DNA from: Patescibacteria group bacterium
GTDB lineage: Bacteria; Patescibacteriota; Patescibacteriia; UBA10025; JBIOWE01
DNA: 64,000 nucleotides
Direction: 5' to 3'
NCBI GenBank assembly: GCA_044868145.1
Contig: JBIOWE010000006.1
Coordinates: 14,558-78,557 of the forward strand
Under the pieces are notes generated by a model, which worked only from the letters and a program-made list of their open reading frames with translations, was not told the origin of the DNA and did no database searches. This document shows positions 29,562-39,551 of this stretch, piece by piece; position 1 is the first letter of the stretch, and each line of letters begins with the position of its first letter. A program made the translations under genes and the position numbers.

Positions 29562-30929
29562 ATGGCTGTTGAATCTACAAAAATGGATAAACTCATGTCC
29601 CTGGCCAAGCGCAGGGGTTTTATTTTTCCGTCGTCCGAACTGTATGGCGGGCTTTCTGGTTTTTGGGATTTTGGGCCGCTCGGTGTGGAGCTCAAGAAAA
29701 ACATCAAGCTCGCGTGGTGGAAGCGATTCGTGCAAATGCGCGACGATATGGTTGGGCTTGACTCGACCATTATTACCAATCCCAAAGTGTGGGAGAAGAG
29801 CGGGCACCTCAAGGGTTTTTCTGATAAATTGGTAGAATGTAAAAGTTGTCACCGTAGATTCAAAGAAGCTGATTTCGCGGCAGCCGACGGAAGTGTTGAA
29901 TTAGTTTGTCCTTACTGTGGAAGCAAGAACTTTGAAAAAGCGAGAGATTTTAACACAATGTTCAAAACATTTGTAGGGCCTGTTGAAGATAGCGCCAGCC
30001 AAGCATATTTACGACCAGAAACCGCGCAAGGCATTTTCGTCAATTTTGAGAACATACGTCAGTCGACGCGTTCACGCATTCCTTTTGGTATAGCGCAAAT
30101 CGGTAAGGCATTTAGGAATGAGATAACGCCGGGGAATTTTATCTATCGCTCGCGCGAGTTTGAGATGATGGAAATCGAATATTTTATAAATCCCAAAGAC
30201 GATGACCAATGGTACAAATACTGGATTGAGGAAGCGCTGAACTATTTTTACGCTTTAGGGATCAGGAAAGACACGATTCGCAAACGCGAGCAAACAAAAG
30301 AAGAGCTGGCGCATTACGCGAAGGCGACAACGGATATTGAGTATAAGTTTCCATTCTCCGCCCACGGCGGATCCGCCGAAGGGGGAGAGAAAGGTTGGGC
30401 GGAACTGACAGGTATTGCAAATCGCACAGATTTCGATCTCAAAGCGCACAATTTGAAATACAAAGACGACCTGACGAAAGAGGAGTTTTTCCCGTACGTG
30501 ATTGAACCATCATTTGGCGTAGATCGCGCGGCGCTGGCATTTCTTCTTGATGCATATGAAGAGGTGAAAGGCGGGCGAACGACAACGACGGAAAGCACGA
30601 AAGAGTCCGAAGTGGTGCTCCGCTTGCATAAAACACTTGCCCCGTACAAAGTCGCGGTGTTGCCGCTCTCGAAGAAAGAGAATCTTATGAAGATGGCTAA
30701 GGAGATCTATGATATGCTGCGTCCGCATTTTATGACCGCGTATGATGACGTCGCCTCCATTGGCCGCAGGTATCGCCGGCAGGATGAAATCGGCACGCCG
30801 TATTGCGTCACCGTGGACTTTGAAAGCTTGGAAGACCGCGCGGTGACCGTGCGCGATCGCGACACCATGAAGCAAGATAGGGTGCAGAAGGAAGAGTTGC
30901 TGACGTATTTGAGGGAGAAGTTGGCGTGA
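29562..30929 (+). CDS. glyQS: Glycine--tRNA ligase (alpha2 type)
   Basis: KRRGF, YLRPETAQG, GKAFRNEI, REFE.ME, IEPSFG.DR, IGRRYRRQDEIGTP. Confidence 0.97.
   Translation: MAVESTKMDKLMSLAKRRGFIFPSSELYGGLSGFWDFGPLGVELKKNIKLAWWKRFVQMRDDMVGLDSTIITNPKVWEKSGHLKGFSDKLVECKSCHRRFKEADFAAADGSVELVCPYCGSKNFEKARDFNTMFKTFVGPVEDSASQAYLRPETAQGIFVNFENIRQSTRSRIPFGIAQIGKAFRNEITPGNFIYRSREFEMMEIEYFINPKDDDQWYKYWIEEALNYFYALGIRKDTIRKREQTKEELAHYAKATTDIEYKFPFSAHGGSAEGGEKGWAELTGIANRTDFDLKAHNLKYKDDLTKEEFFPYVIEPSFGVDRAALAFLLDAYEEVKGGRTTTTESTKESEVVLRLHKTLAPYKVAVLPLSKKENLMKMAKEIYDMLRPHFMTAYDDVASIGRRYRRQDEIGTPYCVTVDFESLEDRAVTVRDRDTMKQDRVQKEELLTYLREKLA
30357..30386 (+). repeat. In-frame 30-bp double palindrome inside glyQS (encodes SAHGGSAEGG)
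   Basis: TCCGCC-CAC-GGCGGA TCCGCC-GAA-GGGGGA. Confidence 0.8.
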
Positions 30930-31070
30930 TGCGCACCAAACACAGCGCACCCCGCCGTGGGTGCGATGGGTGGTTCACGGGATGGGTCGATCGCAGGCAC
31001 AGCAGCCTGTGCTCGGTAGGGTAATTGTATTGGTAAAACAAAAAGCCGAGACGGATCTCGGCCGAAGAAA

Positions 31071-31394
31071 TTACCTGCTCTTACTTTTCTTGTTTTTAGC
31101 CCCTCTCTGTTTCTCGGATCGTTGCCTATCTCTGATCATCATGAATTCCTCACGAGCTGATTCCATAATGAATTCGTACTCGTGTTTCGGAACAAAGATC
31201 GTTCCGCAGATTGGACAAATACATGCAGTGGCTCTGGCGCGCTCTTCTCCAATTTCTATATCAGTTGAATGAGCGTTGGGATGGTCTACCCGAAACGGTG
31301 TAGTCAATACGATTCCGATGGAGCCCGGACTAACTCTACCCCTCGGTGACTCCGCAGTAAATGTGTGACCGACTGGGCATTTTACTTGATACAT
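31071..31394 (-). CDS. Hypothetical protein with CPxGH...CPxC (Zn ribbon-like)
   Basis: ORF with AGGAGG SD. Confidence 0.65.
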   Translation of the reverse strand: MYQVKCPVGHTFTAESPRGRVSPGSIGIVLTTPFRVDHPNAHSTDIEIGEERARATACICPICGTIFVPKHEYEFIMESAREEFMMIRDRQRSEKQRGAKNKKSKSR

Positions 31395-31471
31395 TGATTC
31401 CTCCTATGATTTGATTGTTCAAAGTTCAATTTTGATTAAGCCAGCTTAGCATTTGCGAATCTTGTTTGTCA

Positions 31472-32860
31472 ATGTCATTACAACTTTACAACACTCTAAC
31501 CCACAAAAAAGAACCCTTCAAACCATTGAAGGGTAAAGCTGTTGGCATGTACACCTGCGGGCCGACGGTGTATGAGTATGCGCATATCGGGAATTTGCGC
31601 ACGTATGTCTTTGAAGACGTACTGAAACGCGTTTTGAAGTTCAATGGCTACAAGGTGAAACACGTAATGAACATTACGGACGTTGGACATCTGACCTCGG
31701 ACGCTGATACGGGCGAGGATAAAATGGAGCAAGCGGCGCAGAAGGAAAAAAAGTCCATTTGGGAGATCGCCGAGTTTTATGCGAAGGCATTCAAGCACGA
31801 TTTATGGGATTTGAACATTGAAGAGCCGGACATTTGGTGCAAAGCAACGGATCATATCAAAGAACAAATCGAATGGGTGAAAAAGCTCGAACAAAAAGGA
31901 TTCACCTATCGCACGTCTGACGGCATTTACTTCGATACTTCCAAACTGTCGGATTATGGCAAGCTCACTGGCCAAAATCGGCAGGAGTTGCTTGCTGGTG
32001 CTCGCGTTCAGATGAGCGCGGAAAAAAAGAATCCAACGGACTTCGCCCTGTGGAAGTTTTCGCCGAAGGATAAAAAACGCGCGATGGAATGGGAGTCGCC
32101 ATGGGGCAAAGGGTTTCCCGGCTGGCATTTGGAATGTTCCGTGATGGCGCAGAAGTACCTCGGTGAAACGTTTGACATCCATTGCGGCGGGATTGACCTT
32201 GCGCCCATCCATCATACGAACGAAATCGCGCAAGCGGAAGCGATAACGGGCAAGCCGCTCGCCCGCTATTGGCTGCATGGTGAGTTTTTGACGATTGATG
32301 ACGGCCGCATGGGCAAATCCGAAGGAAATTTTATCACGCTCAAAACGTTGAAAGAGAAGGGGTTCAACCCTCTCGCGTATCGTTTGCTCCTTCTGCAAAC
32401 GCATTACCGTTCCAAAATGAATTTCACCTGGGAAAGTTTGCAAGCTGGCCAGGCGAGTTTGACGAATCTCTATCATCAAGTCGCGGCGCTCGGAGAAGCA
32501 AAAGGCCTGTTGAAAGAATACCTGACGAAATTCCATGACGCGATCAACGACGATTTAGACATGCCAAAAGCGATGTCTATCATGTTCAAACTCGTTGACG
32601 ATCCTCGTGCCCCTGCAGGGGCGAAAAAAGCGACATTGTTGCGATTCGACGAGGTCTTGGGTCTGAATCTGGATAAACCGCAGGCGATTTTTTCAGAGAT
32701 GTCGATTGCCACAACGACCACGCCATCGCCGCATGAGGCTGAGGTTGCAAAACTATTGCGCGAGCGAGATGCGTTCAGAAAAGCTGGCGATTTTAAAAAA
32801 GCCGATGAACTTCGCAAGAAAATTGAATCAATGGAGTATCAGGTGAAAGATAAGCAATAA
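31472..32860 (+). CDS. cysS: Cysteine--tRNA ligase
   Basis: [33 protein letters not shown]. Confidence 0.97.
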   Translation: MSLQLYNTLTHKKEPFKPLKGKAVGMYTCGPTVYEYAHIGNLRTYVFEDVLKRVLKFNGYKVKHVMNITDVGHLTSDADTGEDKMEQAAQKEKKSIWEIAEFYAKAFKHDLWDLNIEEPDIWCKATDHIKEQIEWVKKLEQKGFTYRTSDGIYFDTSKLSDYGKLTGQNRQELLAGARVQMSAEKKNPTDFALWKFSPKDKKRAMEWESPWGKGFPGWHLECSVMAQKYLGETFDIHCGGIDLAPIHHTNEIAQAEAITGKPLARYWLHGEFLTIDDGRMGKSEGNFITLKTLKEKGFNPLAYRLLLLQTHYRSKMNFTWESLQAGQASLTNLYHQVAALGEAKGLLKEYLTKFHDAINDDLDMPKAMSIMFKLVDDPRAPAGAKKATLLRFDEVLGLNLDKPQAIFSEMSIATTTTPSPHEAEVAKLLRERDAFRKAGDFKKADELRKKIESMEYQVKDKQ

Positions 32861-32863
32861 AAA

Positions 32864-32991
32864 GTCATTGCGAGGAGCGAAGTGGTAATGTAATCTTATA
32901 TGGAGACCCTGAAACAAGTTCAGGGTGACAAGCTACAGCCATCTGTCATGCTGAACTCGTTTCAGCATCTCCCGGCCGCTCCTCGCAATGA
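32864..32991. repeat. Nested palindromic elements
   Basis: Outer 14-bp inverted repeat TCATTGCGAGGAGC/GCTCCTCGCAATGA; inner pair GAGACCCTGAAACAAGTTCAGGGTGACA (32903-32930) and TGTCATGCTGAACTCGTTTCAGCATCTC (32944-32971). Confidence 0.85.
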
Positions 32992-33002
32992 TGCCATATA
33001 CT

Positions 33003-34271
33003 ATGTTCAAACAATACAAACTGAAAAACGGTTTGCGCGTGATTCACTCGCCTTTGCATGAGACCGAGGCAGTGACTGTGCTGATTTTATTCAAAGTCGG
33101 TTCGCGCTATGAACGCAGGAACATCAATGGCATCTCGCACTTCGTCGAGCACCTGATGTTCAAAGGCACGAAGAAACGTCCAACAACCCTGGATATTTCC
33201 AAAGAGCTGGACGGCATCGGCGCGAGCTATAATGCGTTTACGTCAAAAGATCACACGGGCTACTACATTAAGGCAAGCCATGACAAAATTGAACTGTTGC
33301 TGGATATGTTATCTGACATGCTATTCAATTCCAAATTCGATCCGACCGAAATAGAGCGCGAGCGCAAGGTGATCATCGAGGAGATCAACATGTACGAAGA
33401 TAACCCTATGATGATGGCCGAAGATTTTTTTGAGCAAGCGGTCTACGAAGGCAGTACGCTCGGTTGGCAAATAGCCGGGCCCAAGGAAGTGATTCGGAAA
33501 GTAACGCGTAACGATATTGTTCAATATTTCAATCGTTTCTACGGTCTACGCAACATGATAGTCGGCATTGCCGGCAACACGTCGAAGAACATTATCCAGC
33601 GTGTGCAGCATTATTTTAACCAACCGGATCCGAATAAGCGCTACCCCGCGTTTCCTCCTGCTCATGTGCGCCAAACAAAACCGCGGGTACGGGTGAAGTT
33701 CAAAGAAACCGAGCAAGTGCATTTGATGTGCGGCTATCCGTCGTATTCCTATTATGACAAGCGTTTATACCCGCTGATGCTGCTCTCTATTATTCTCGGC
33801 GGCAACATGAGCTCGCGATTATTCATTTCCATCCGTGAGCGTAAGGGACTGTGTTATTATATCCGCGCCGGCGTGAATATTTATGAAGACACGGGCAATT
33901 TTGCCGTGCAAGCCGGCCTGGATCGCAAACGTATTCATGAAGCAATTCGGGCGATTCATGGAGAGCTCGTGCAAGCTGCGCGCCAGGGCGTAACACCGGA
34001 CGAACTCCAAAAAGCAAAAGATTTTCTCAAAGGCAAGCTTATTCTGGACTTTGAAGATTCTGAACAAATCGCTTCGTATTACACGCGGCAAGCGCTCTTG
34101 AAAAAACGTGTTCTGTCGCTCGACGAGTACTTTCGACGCATTGACGCGGTGGGAAGAGTCGGGGTGCAAACCGTGGCGCGCGATATTATGCGGAAGAACC
34201 GTTTGAACCTGACGCTCATTGGTCCGTATAAGCAAGCCAAAGAATTTGAAACACTTTTACACTCTTTGTGA
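33003..34271 (+). CDS. M16 family (pitrilysin) zinc peptidase
   Basis: HFVEH (HxxEH), NAFT, SSRLF..IRE.KGLCY. Confidence 0.93.
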   Translation: MFKQYKLKNGLRVIHSPLHETEAVTVLILFKVGSRYERRNINGISHFVEHLMFKGTKKRPTTLDISKELDGIGASYNAFTSKDHTGYYIKASHDKIELLLDMLSDMLFNSKFDPTEIERERKVIIEEINMYEDNPMMMAEDFFEQAVYEGSTLGWQIAGPKEVIRKVTRNDIVQYFNRFYGLRNMIVGIAGNTSKNIIQRVQHYFNQPDPNKRYPAFPPAHVRQTKPRVRVKFKETEQVHLMCGYPSYSYYDKRLYPLMLLSIILGGNMSSRLFISIRERKGLCYYIRAGVNIYEDTGNFAVQAGLDRKRIHEAIRAIHGELVQAARQGVTPDELQKAKDFLKGKLILDFEDSEQIASYYTRQALLKKRVLSLDEYFRRIDAVGRVGVQTVARDIMRKNRLNLTLIGPYKQAKEFETLLHSL

Positions 34272-34294
34272 TCGGTGTATACTAAAGAAGTATT

Positions 34295-35350
34295 ATGGAA
34301 GATAAAAAGCACATCACCATAGATATTTCGACCTCCACGCTCATCCGGACGCTGCTCATTTTGGTAGTTGCCGCTCTCATTTATTTATTGCGCGATGTGG
34401 CGCTCATCCTTGTTGTTGCGCTCGTGTTGTCGTCCGCCGTGAACCCCTTTATCGCCGAGTTGCAGCGCAAGAAAATCCCACGCGTCCTTGGCGCGCTGAT
34501 CGTCTACATTTTGTTGTTCGGCGTGGTCTCATTGATAATCGGTTTGCTCATTCCACCGATTGCAACGCAGATTCGTGAGCTTTCGCAAAACTTCTCAACG
34601 TATTGGTCGCGCATTATTACCGATTTCACTCAGTTCCAAGGGTCATCGATTCAGCGAAGCTTCGTGGACAATTTGCAGAAAGGACTTCAATCCTTGCAAA
34701 CGAACATCGGGCAAACGAGCGCCAGCGTGGTCACCACTATCGCGAGTATTTTTGGTGGTTTCTTTGCCTTCATCGGTATTATCGTCATCACATTTTACAT
34801 TCTTATTGAAGAAGACGCGGTGAAGCGATTTTTGCGTTCGGTTACACCGGTCCGGTATCAGCCGTATCTGTTTCATTTGATTAATCGGATGCAAGAACGG
34901 CTCGGGCAGTGGCTGAAAGGTCAACTCTTGCTCTGCCTTATTATTGGTATCTTGTCTTATATTGGACTCTCAGCCGTCGGGGTGCCGTATGCGCTTGTGC
35001 TCGCGCTCTGGGCGGGGCTGACGGAATTTATTCCATACCTCGGTCCGTTCATCGGCGCCGTGCCAGCGATCTTCATCGCGCTCACGACGGGTGGATGGGT
35101 GCCCGCGCTTCTTGTGCTTGGGTTGTACGTCGTCATCCAGCAACTGGAGAACCATTTGATTGTGCCGAAGGTTATGGAGAAAACGGCTGGCATCAATCCG
35201 CTCGTGGTTATTATTGTTATGTACATCGGCGCGAAGCTCGCGGGCATCCTAGGCATTCTTCTGGCGGTTCCGGTCGCCTTGATCGTCAAAGTATTCATGG
35301 AAGATTTGGTCGGCAAGAAGGAAGTAACGGCCAATAAATTGGAAACCTAA
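34295..35350 (+). CDS. AI-2E family transporter
   Basis: Multi-TM; IPYLGP, QQLENH...P. Confidence 0.9.
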   Translation: MEDKKHITIDISTSTLIRTLLILVVAALIYLLRDVALILVVALVLSSAVNPFIAELQRKKIPRVLGALIVYILLFGVVSLIIGLLIPPIATQIRELSQNFSTYWSRIITDFTQFQGSSIQRSFVDNLQKGLQSLQTNIGQTSASVVTTIASIFGGFFAFIGIIVITFYILIEEDAVKRFLRSVTPVRYQPYLFHLINRMQERLGQWLKGQLLLCLIIGILSYIGLSAVGVPYALVLALWAGLTEFIPYLGPFIGAVPAIFIALTTGGWVPALLVLGLYVVIQQLENHLIVPKVMEKTAGINPLVVIIVMYIGAKLAGILGILLAVPVALIVKVFMEDLVGKKEVTANKLET

Positions 35351-35353
35351 CCC

Positions 35354-36025
35354 ATGGGACGTTTGTACGTCGTTGGAACGCCGATTGGCAACCTTGATGA
35401 TGTGTCCAAGCGGGCGCTTGATATTTTGCGGCAGGTTGACGTAATCCTGTGCGAGGACACGCGGCACACGGCAATACTCCTGAATCGTTACGACATTCGG
35501 AAGGAACTTGTGAGCTATCATCAGCATTCGAAAGTGAGGAAGCTCGACGAGATTGTTCGCATGCTTGAACAGGGGAAGAGTCTTGCCATGGTGTCCGACT
35601 CCGGCACGCCCGGCATATCCGATCCCGGCAACGTGCTTGTGCGCTACGTGCGCGACAAGCTCGGCGACAAGGTCACGATATCGCCGACTCCAGGCGCTTC
35701 AGCCTTGACCGCGCTCGCATCGGTTACCGGCTTGCCGACTCATCAATTCCTGTTCCTCGGCTTCTTGCCCCATAAAGGCAGGACCAAAGTGTATAAAGAG
35801 ATCGAGGAAGCCGAACGCACCGTCATATTTTACGAATCGCCGTATCGGATTATGCGAACGCTGGAAGATTTGAAGCAGCGCATTCCGGACCGATACGCGG
35901 TCATTGGCCGCGAGCTCACGAAACAGTTCGAAACCATATATGCCGGTTCCATTGCCGATGCATTTGAAAAGTTAAAAGCAGGGGAGCAGCGTGGGGAATT
36001 TGTGGTAGCGATAAGTTCGAAATAA
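35354..36025 (+). CDS. rsmI: 16S rRNA C1402 2'-O-methyltransferase
   Basis: TPIGNL.D, CEDTR, SDSGTPGISDPG, YESPYR, RELTK. Confidence 0.95.
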   Translation: MGRLYVVGTPIGNLDDVSKRALDILRQVDVILCEDTRHTAILLNRYDIRKELVSYHQHSKVRKLDEIVRMLEQGKSLAMVSDSGTPGISDPGNVLVRYVRDKLGDKVTISPTPGASALTALASVTGLPTHQFLFLGFLPHKGRTKVYKEIEEAERTVIFYESPYRIMRTLEDLKQRIPDRYAVIGRELTKQFETIYAGSIADAFEKLKAGEQRGEFVVAISSK

Positions 36026-36067
36026 CGCACTCCCGTGCGTCAAGCCATTCAGGGGCGGCTTGACAGA

Positions 36068-36108
36068 CCTGCCCGCAATCGGCTTCGCCGAAGGCGAAGG
36101 CAGGCGGG
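36068..36108. mobile_element. 41-bp non-autonomous CCTGCCCGC...GCAGGCGGG element
   Basis: Ends resemble those of 49999-50280; removal restores the hairpin TTGACAGAC-GAAA-GTCTGTTAA. Confidence 0.75.
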
Positions 36109-36133
36109 CGAAAGTCTGTTAATCAAAAACTTT

Positions 36134-36349
36134 ATGCAAGAAGACAATACAAAAGCATTTAATAAAGGCGACGTGGTGTCGGATGACGGCGAATATGTGT
36201 GCGTGCCCTGCGGGTATCATCACACGTATAAGCAGCATGAGAAGTTCGGCGAATGTATTTCCTGTCTTTCCGGCACACCCGAAGGCCACGAGGATTTTGT
36301 GGAGGGGATGGAAATGTGGGAGAAGGTCGACAGCAAAAGAAAAAAGTAA
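36134..36349 (+). CDS. Small zinc-ribbon protein
   Basis: G.YVCVPCG...CISC. Confidence 0.7.
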   Translation: MQEDNTKAFNKGDVVSDDGEYVCVPCGYHHTYKQHEKFGECISCLSGTPEGHEDFVEGMEMWEKVDSKRKK

Positions 36350-36377
36350 CAATTGAGAAATACTCTTTTATTATTGT

Positions 36378-36453
36378 TGTCATTCTGACAACCGGAGGGA
36401 GGAAGAATCTCCCAGCTTAAAGAAGGAGATCCTTCCCTACGCTCAGGATGACA
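36378..36453. repeat. TGTCAT...ATGACA palindromic element
   Basis: TGTCATTCTGA.../...TCAGGATGACA; internal GAAGAATCTCC/GGAGATCCTTC. Confidence 0.8.
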
Positions 36454-36500
36454 GCGAAAGAGCCAGCATGGCCTTTTTTGTGTTATAATTAACGTATGAT

Positions 36501-37934
36501 ATGGCGAAGAAATTCTACATAACGACACCTATTTACTACGTGAACGACCGCCCACACGTTGGCCACGCGTACACGACGATTGCTGCGGACGTTTTGGCGA
36601 GGCACTATCGCGCGAAAAAGTACGAGGTGTTTTTTTTGACGGGCACGGATGAATACGGCGATAAGGTGGCTGAAAGCGCGGAGCAACACGGTATGCATGT
36701 TCACGCCTTTGTTGATCAAAACAGCCAGGCGTTTCGCGAGGCCTTTGATCGGTTGAATATCAAGTACGACATTTTTATGCGCACGACCATGCCGGAGCAT
36801 GAAGCGTCCGTGAACATTTTCATAGAAAAGTTGTCTAAAGCAGGAGCGCTCTATCAGGATGAATACGTTGGTTTGTATTGTCGCTCATGCGAAGATTTCT
36901 ATACGGAAAAGGATTTGATTGACGGACTATGCCCGATCCATAAAAAACCGCTCGAGCAGTTAAAAGAAAAGAATTGGTTTTTTCGGCTTGAAACGTATTT
37001 GCCAGCGGTGCAAAAGCTCATTACGAGCGGCAAGATGAAGATTGAGCCGACGAAACGCAAGACCGAGGTGTTGGGCCTTTTCAAACAGGGGTTGAAGGAT
37101 TTCTCCGTGACGCGCGAACGCGTGCAATGGGGGATTCCGTTTGCCCAAGATCCGCGACAGAAAATATACGTGTGGGTCGAAGCGCTGCAAAACTACATTT
37201 CCGCGATTGGGTACGGCCGCGACTCTGAACGCTTTAAGAAATGGTGGCCCGCAGACGTGCATTTGATGGCCAAGGACATCATTAAGTTCCACGCGGTGTA
37301 TTGGCCGGCGATGTTGCTCGCGGCAGGCGAAAAGCCGCCGAAGAAAATATTCAGCCATGGGTTTTTCAGTATCAATGGCCAGAAAATGTCCAAAACCACC
37401 GGGAATGTGATTGACCCGAACACCATGGTGCAGAAATTCGGGGCAGACGCGACGCGCTATTTGCTTTTGACGCAATTCCCGTTCGGCAGCGACGGCGATA
37501 TCAAAGAATCGCTGTTCGTCGAAAAATACAACGCTGATTTGGCGAATAACCTTGGAAATTTGGTCAGTCGCGTGCTCAATATGATTGAGAAGTATACGGG
37601 CGGCGCAATTCCAAAAATCGTTGCGTCTCCAAAATCTTTGGCGAGCGTGGGCAAACACATCGAATCGCTTGAGTTTGATAAAGCGTTGAAAGAGATAGGC
37701 GCAACCATCACCTGGGCGAACGGCTATATCGACACCAACGCACCGTGGGATCTTGCAAAAGATCCCAGTCAAAAATCAAAACTCGAAACGGTTCTTTCCG
37801 AGCTTGCCGCAGTTTTGAAAGAACTCGCGCCTGCGCTTGGGCCGTTCATGCCAGTTGCGGCGGCAGAAATCCACAAACGTTTGGAACAACCATCCATAAC
37901 CAAAGGTCAACCATTGTTTCAACGATTAGCATAA
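36501..37934 (+). CDS. metG: Methionine--tRNA ligase
   Basis: TTPIYYVN..PHVGH, KDI.KFH..YWP, KMSKT, N..LAN.LGNL..R. Confidence 0.97.
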   Translation: MAKKFYITTPIYYVNDRPHVGHAYTTIAADVLARHYRAKKYEVFFLTGTDEYGDKVAESAEQHGMHVHAFVDQNSQAFREAFDRLNIKYDIFMRTTMPEHEASVNIFIEKLSKAGALYQDEYVGLYCRSCEDFYTEKDLIDGLCPIHKKPLEQLKEKNWFFRLETYLPAVQKLITSGKMKIEPTKRKTEVLGLFKQGLKDFSVTRERVQWGIPFAQDPRQKIYVWVEALQNYISAIGYGRDSERFKKWWPADVHLMAKDIIKFHAVYWPAMLLAAGEKPPKKIFSHGFFSINGQKMSKTTGNVIDPNTMVQKFGADATRYLLLTQFPFGSDGDIKESLFVEKYNADLANNLGNLVSRVLNMIEKYTGGAIPKIVASPKSLASVGKHIESLEFDKALKEIGATITWANGYIDTNAPWDLAKDPSQKSKLETVLSELAAVLKELAPALGPFMPVAAAEIHKRLEQPSITKGQPLFQRLA

Positions 37935-37938
37935 CCAT

Positions 37939-38442
37939 ATGTCCACATTCGATATTATTTTGCTCATCGTGTTCGGTTCGTTCGTCGTCACCGGTTTTTG
38001 GGCAGGCTTAATTCAATCCATAGGCTCGCTTATCGGGCTGGTTGTGGGCTCGTACGCCGCGTCACGTCTGTATGACGACATAGGCGCGTTCTTTCAGTTT
38101 TTCCTGGTGAAGCAGGCGGTCGCGAACCTACTGGCCTTTATTCTTGTTTTTGTCGCAACCGGCAAGCTGATTGGCTTTGTGATGTACCGCGTGCAAAAAG
38201 CGTTTAAGGTCATTTCGTTCATTCCGCTCGTGGGCTTGGCGAACCGTTTGGCCGGCGCCGCGCTTGGCGTCCTTGAAGGCGCCATCGTGCTCGGGGTCGC
38301 GCTCATGTTCGCCAGTCAATTTTTCGCGGGCCAGCACTTCGGCAGCGTGATCGAAAGCTCGCAACTCGCACAGACTTTCATCAAAGTCGGCAAGATTATG
38401 ACGCCGCTTATCGCCGACGCGCTCCACCGCATTAGCCTATAG
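37939..38442 (+). CDS. CvpA family membrane protein
   Basis: FDII, GF..G.I, NRLAGA.LG. Confidence 0.85.
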   Translation: MSTFDIILLIVFGSFVVTGFWAGLIQSIGSLIGLVVGSYAASRLYDDIGAFFQFFLVKQAVANLLAFILVFVATGKLIGFVMYRVQKAFKVISFIPLVGLANRLAGAALGVLEGAIVLGVALMFASQFFAGQHFGSVIESSQLAQTFIKVGKIMTPLIADALHRISL

Positions 38443-38527
38443 CTTATAGCGTATGGCATATGGCTTATCATAAGAGCGTTGCGTGTCCTTGCCTTGCTAT
38501 TTGCCATAAGCTATACGCCATATGCTA
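38433..38527. repeat. Heptamer (TRGCNTA) tandem array plus inverted array
   Basis: TAGCCTA TAGCTTA TAGCGTA TGGCATA TGGCTTA ... TGCCATAAGCTATACGCCATATGCTA. Confidence 0.8.
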
Positions 38528-39361
38528 GTAGACACGCATTGTCATTTGAATTTCCGTGCGTTCAAAGACGACGTTGACGAGGTTGTGAAGCGCACCCTTG
38601 ACGCGGGCATGAAAGTCATCAACGTAGGTTCGCAATATTCGACGAGCAAGCGCGCGGTTGATTTGGCGTGCCAGCATATCCGGCAATTGTACGCGGCCGT
38701 GGCGTTGCATCCCATTCATTTATTTGACGTGGAAGTGGACGAAGACGAGGTAAAGTTTCACTCGCGCAAAGAAGAGTTCGACCGTAAACAGTATGAGGAG
38801 TTGGCGAAAGACCCCGGCGTGGTGGCCATTGGCGAGAACGGCTTGGATTATTACCGGTTTCCCGAAGGCGTTGATCAAAAAGAAGTGATTGCCAAGCAAA
38901 AGGATACGTTTCGCAAGCATTTGGACCTGGCACGCGATTTAGAGCTGCCGTTTATTGTGCATTGCCGCAGCCCAAAGCAAAAGCCCGATTGGGCCTATGA
39001 AGATATCGTCGAGATTTTGAAAGAATATCCGGGCATGCAAGGCGTCATCCATTGCTTCACCGCAAGCATTCCAGTCGCGCGTCAGTTTTTGGACATTGGC
39101 TTCCATATTTCATTCACCGGCATTATTACGTTTCCGAACGCCAAAGATTTGGTGGAAGTGGTAAAGTACGTGCCGCTCGATCGTATTCTCGTGGAAACGG
39201 ATGCGCCGTACTTAGCGCCACAGCAATATCGCGGCAAGCGGAATGAACCATTGTACGTCCGTCATGTGGCAGAAAAGATTGCGGAAGTAAAGGGTGTAAG
39301 CTACAACGAGGTTGAAGCGCAAACCACGAAGAACGCGGTTGCGTTGTTTCGTCTAGAATGA
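38522..39361 (+). CDS. tatD: TatD family DNase
   Basis: DTHCHL, GE.GLDY, VHCR, HCF, ETDAPYL. Confidence 0.93.
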   Translation: MLVDTHCHLNFRAFKDDVDEVVKRTLDAGMKVINVGSQYSTSKRAVDLACQHIRQLYAAVALHPIHLFDVEVDEDEVKFHSRKEEFDRKQYEELAKDPGVVAIGENGLDYYRFPEGVDQKEVIAKQKDTFRKHLDLARDLELPFIVHCRSPKQKPDWAYEDIVEILKEYPGMQGVIHCFTASIPVARQFLDIGFHISFTGIITFPNAKDLVEVVKYVPLDRILVETDAPYLAPQQYRGKRNEPLYVRHVAEKIAEVKGVSYNEVEAQTTKNAVALFRLE

Positions 39362-39507
39362 CCTCCCACCGCCCCTGAGCCATTACCTCCCCTCTGGAAT
39401 GTATGCGCTAAAAGATGGAACGCATGACTCCCCTCCTTGGTAAGGAGGGGAAGAAAGTACGACGCACAATAATTTAAATTGAGAGCGGAAGGGGCGGTGG
39501 GAGGTCA
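39359..39507. repeat. ~150-bp palindromic element with central CCCCTCCTT-N3-AAGGAGGGG hairpin (copy 1)
   Basis: 18-bp perfect terminal inverted repeat TGACCTCCCACCGCCCCT/AGGGGCGGTGGGAGGTCA; core similar to copies at 51119 and 56127. Confidence 0.85.
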
Positions 39508-39551
39508 CGGCTCATTGTTTTCGTACTCTATCTGCGTTACAATAAGCCCAT

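Noticed and set aside
30935-31020. Short hairpins after glyQS as a further REP family
   Set aside because: Single degenerate occurrence in the window; cannot be distinguished from terminator-like structure.
36035-36133. Arg-rich N-terminal extension of the zinc-ribbon ORF
   Set aside because: It is a translation of the palindromic element; ATG 36134 is the likelier start.
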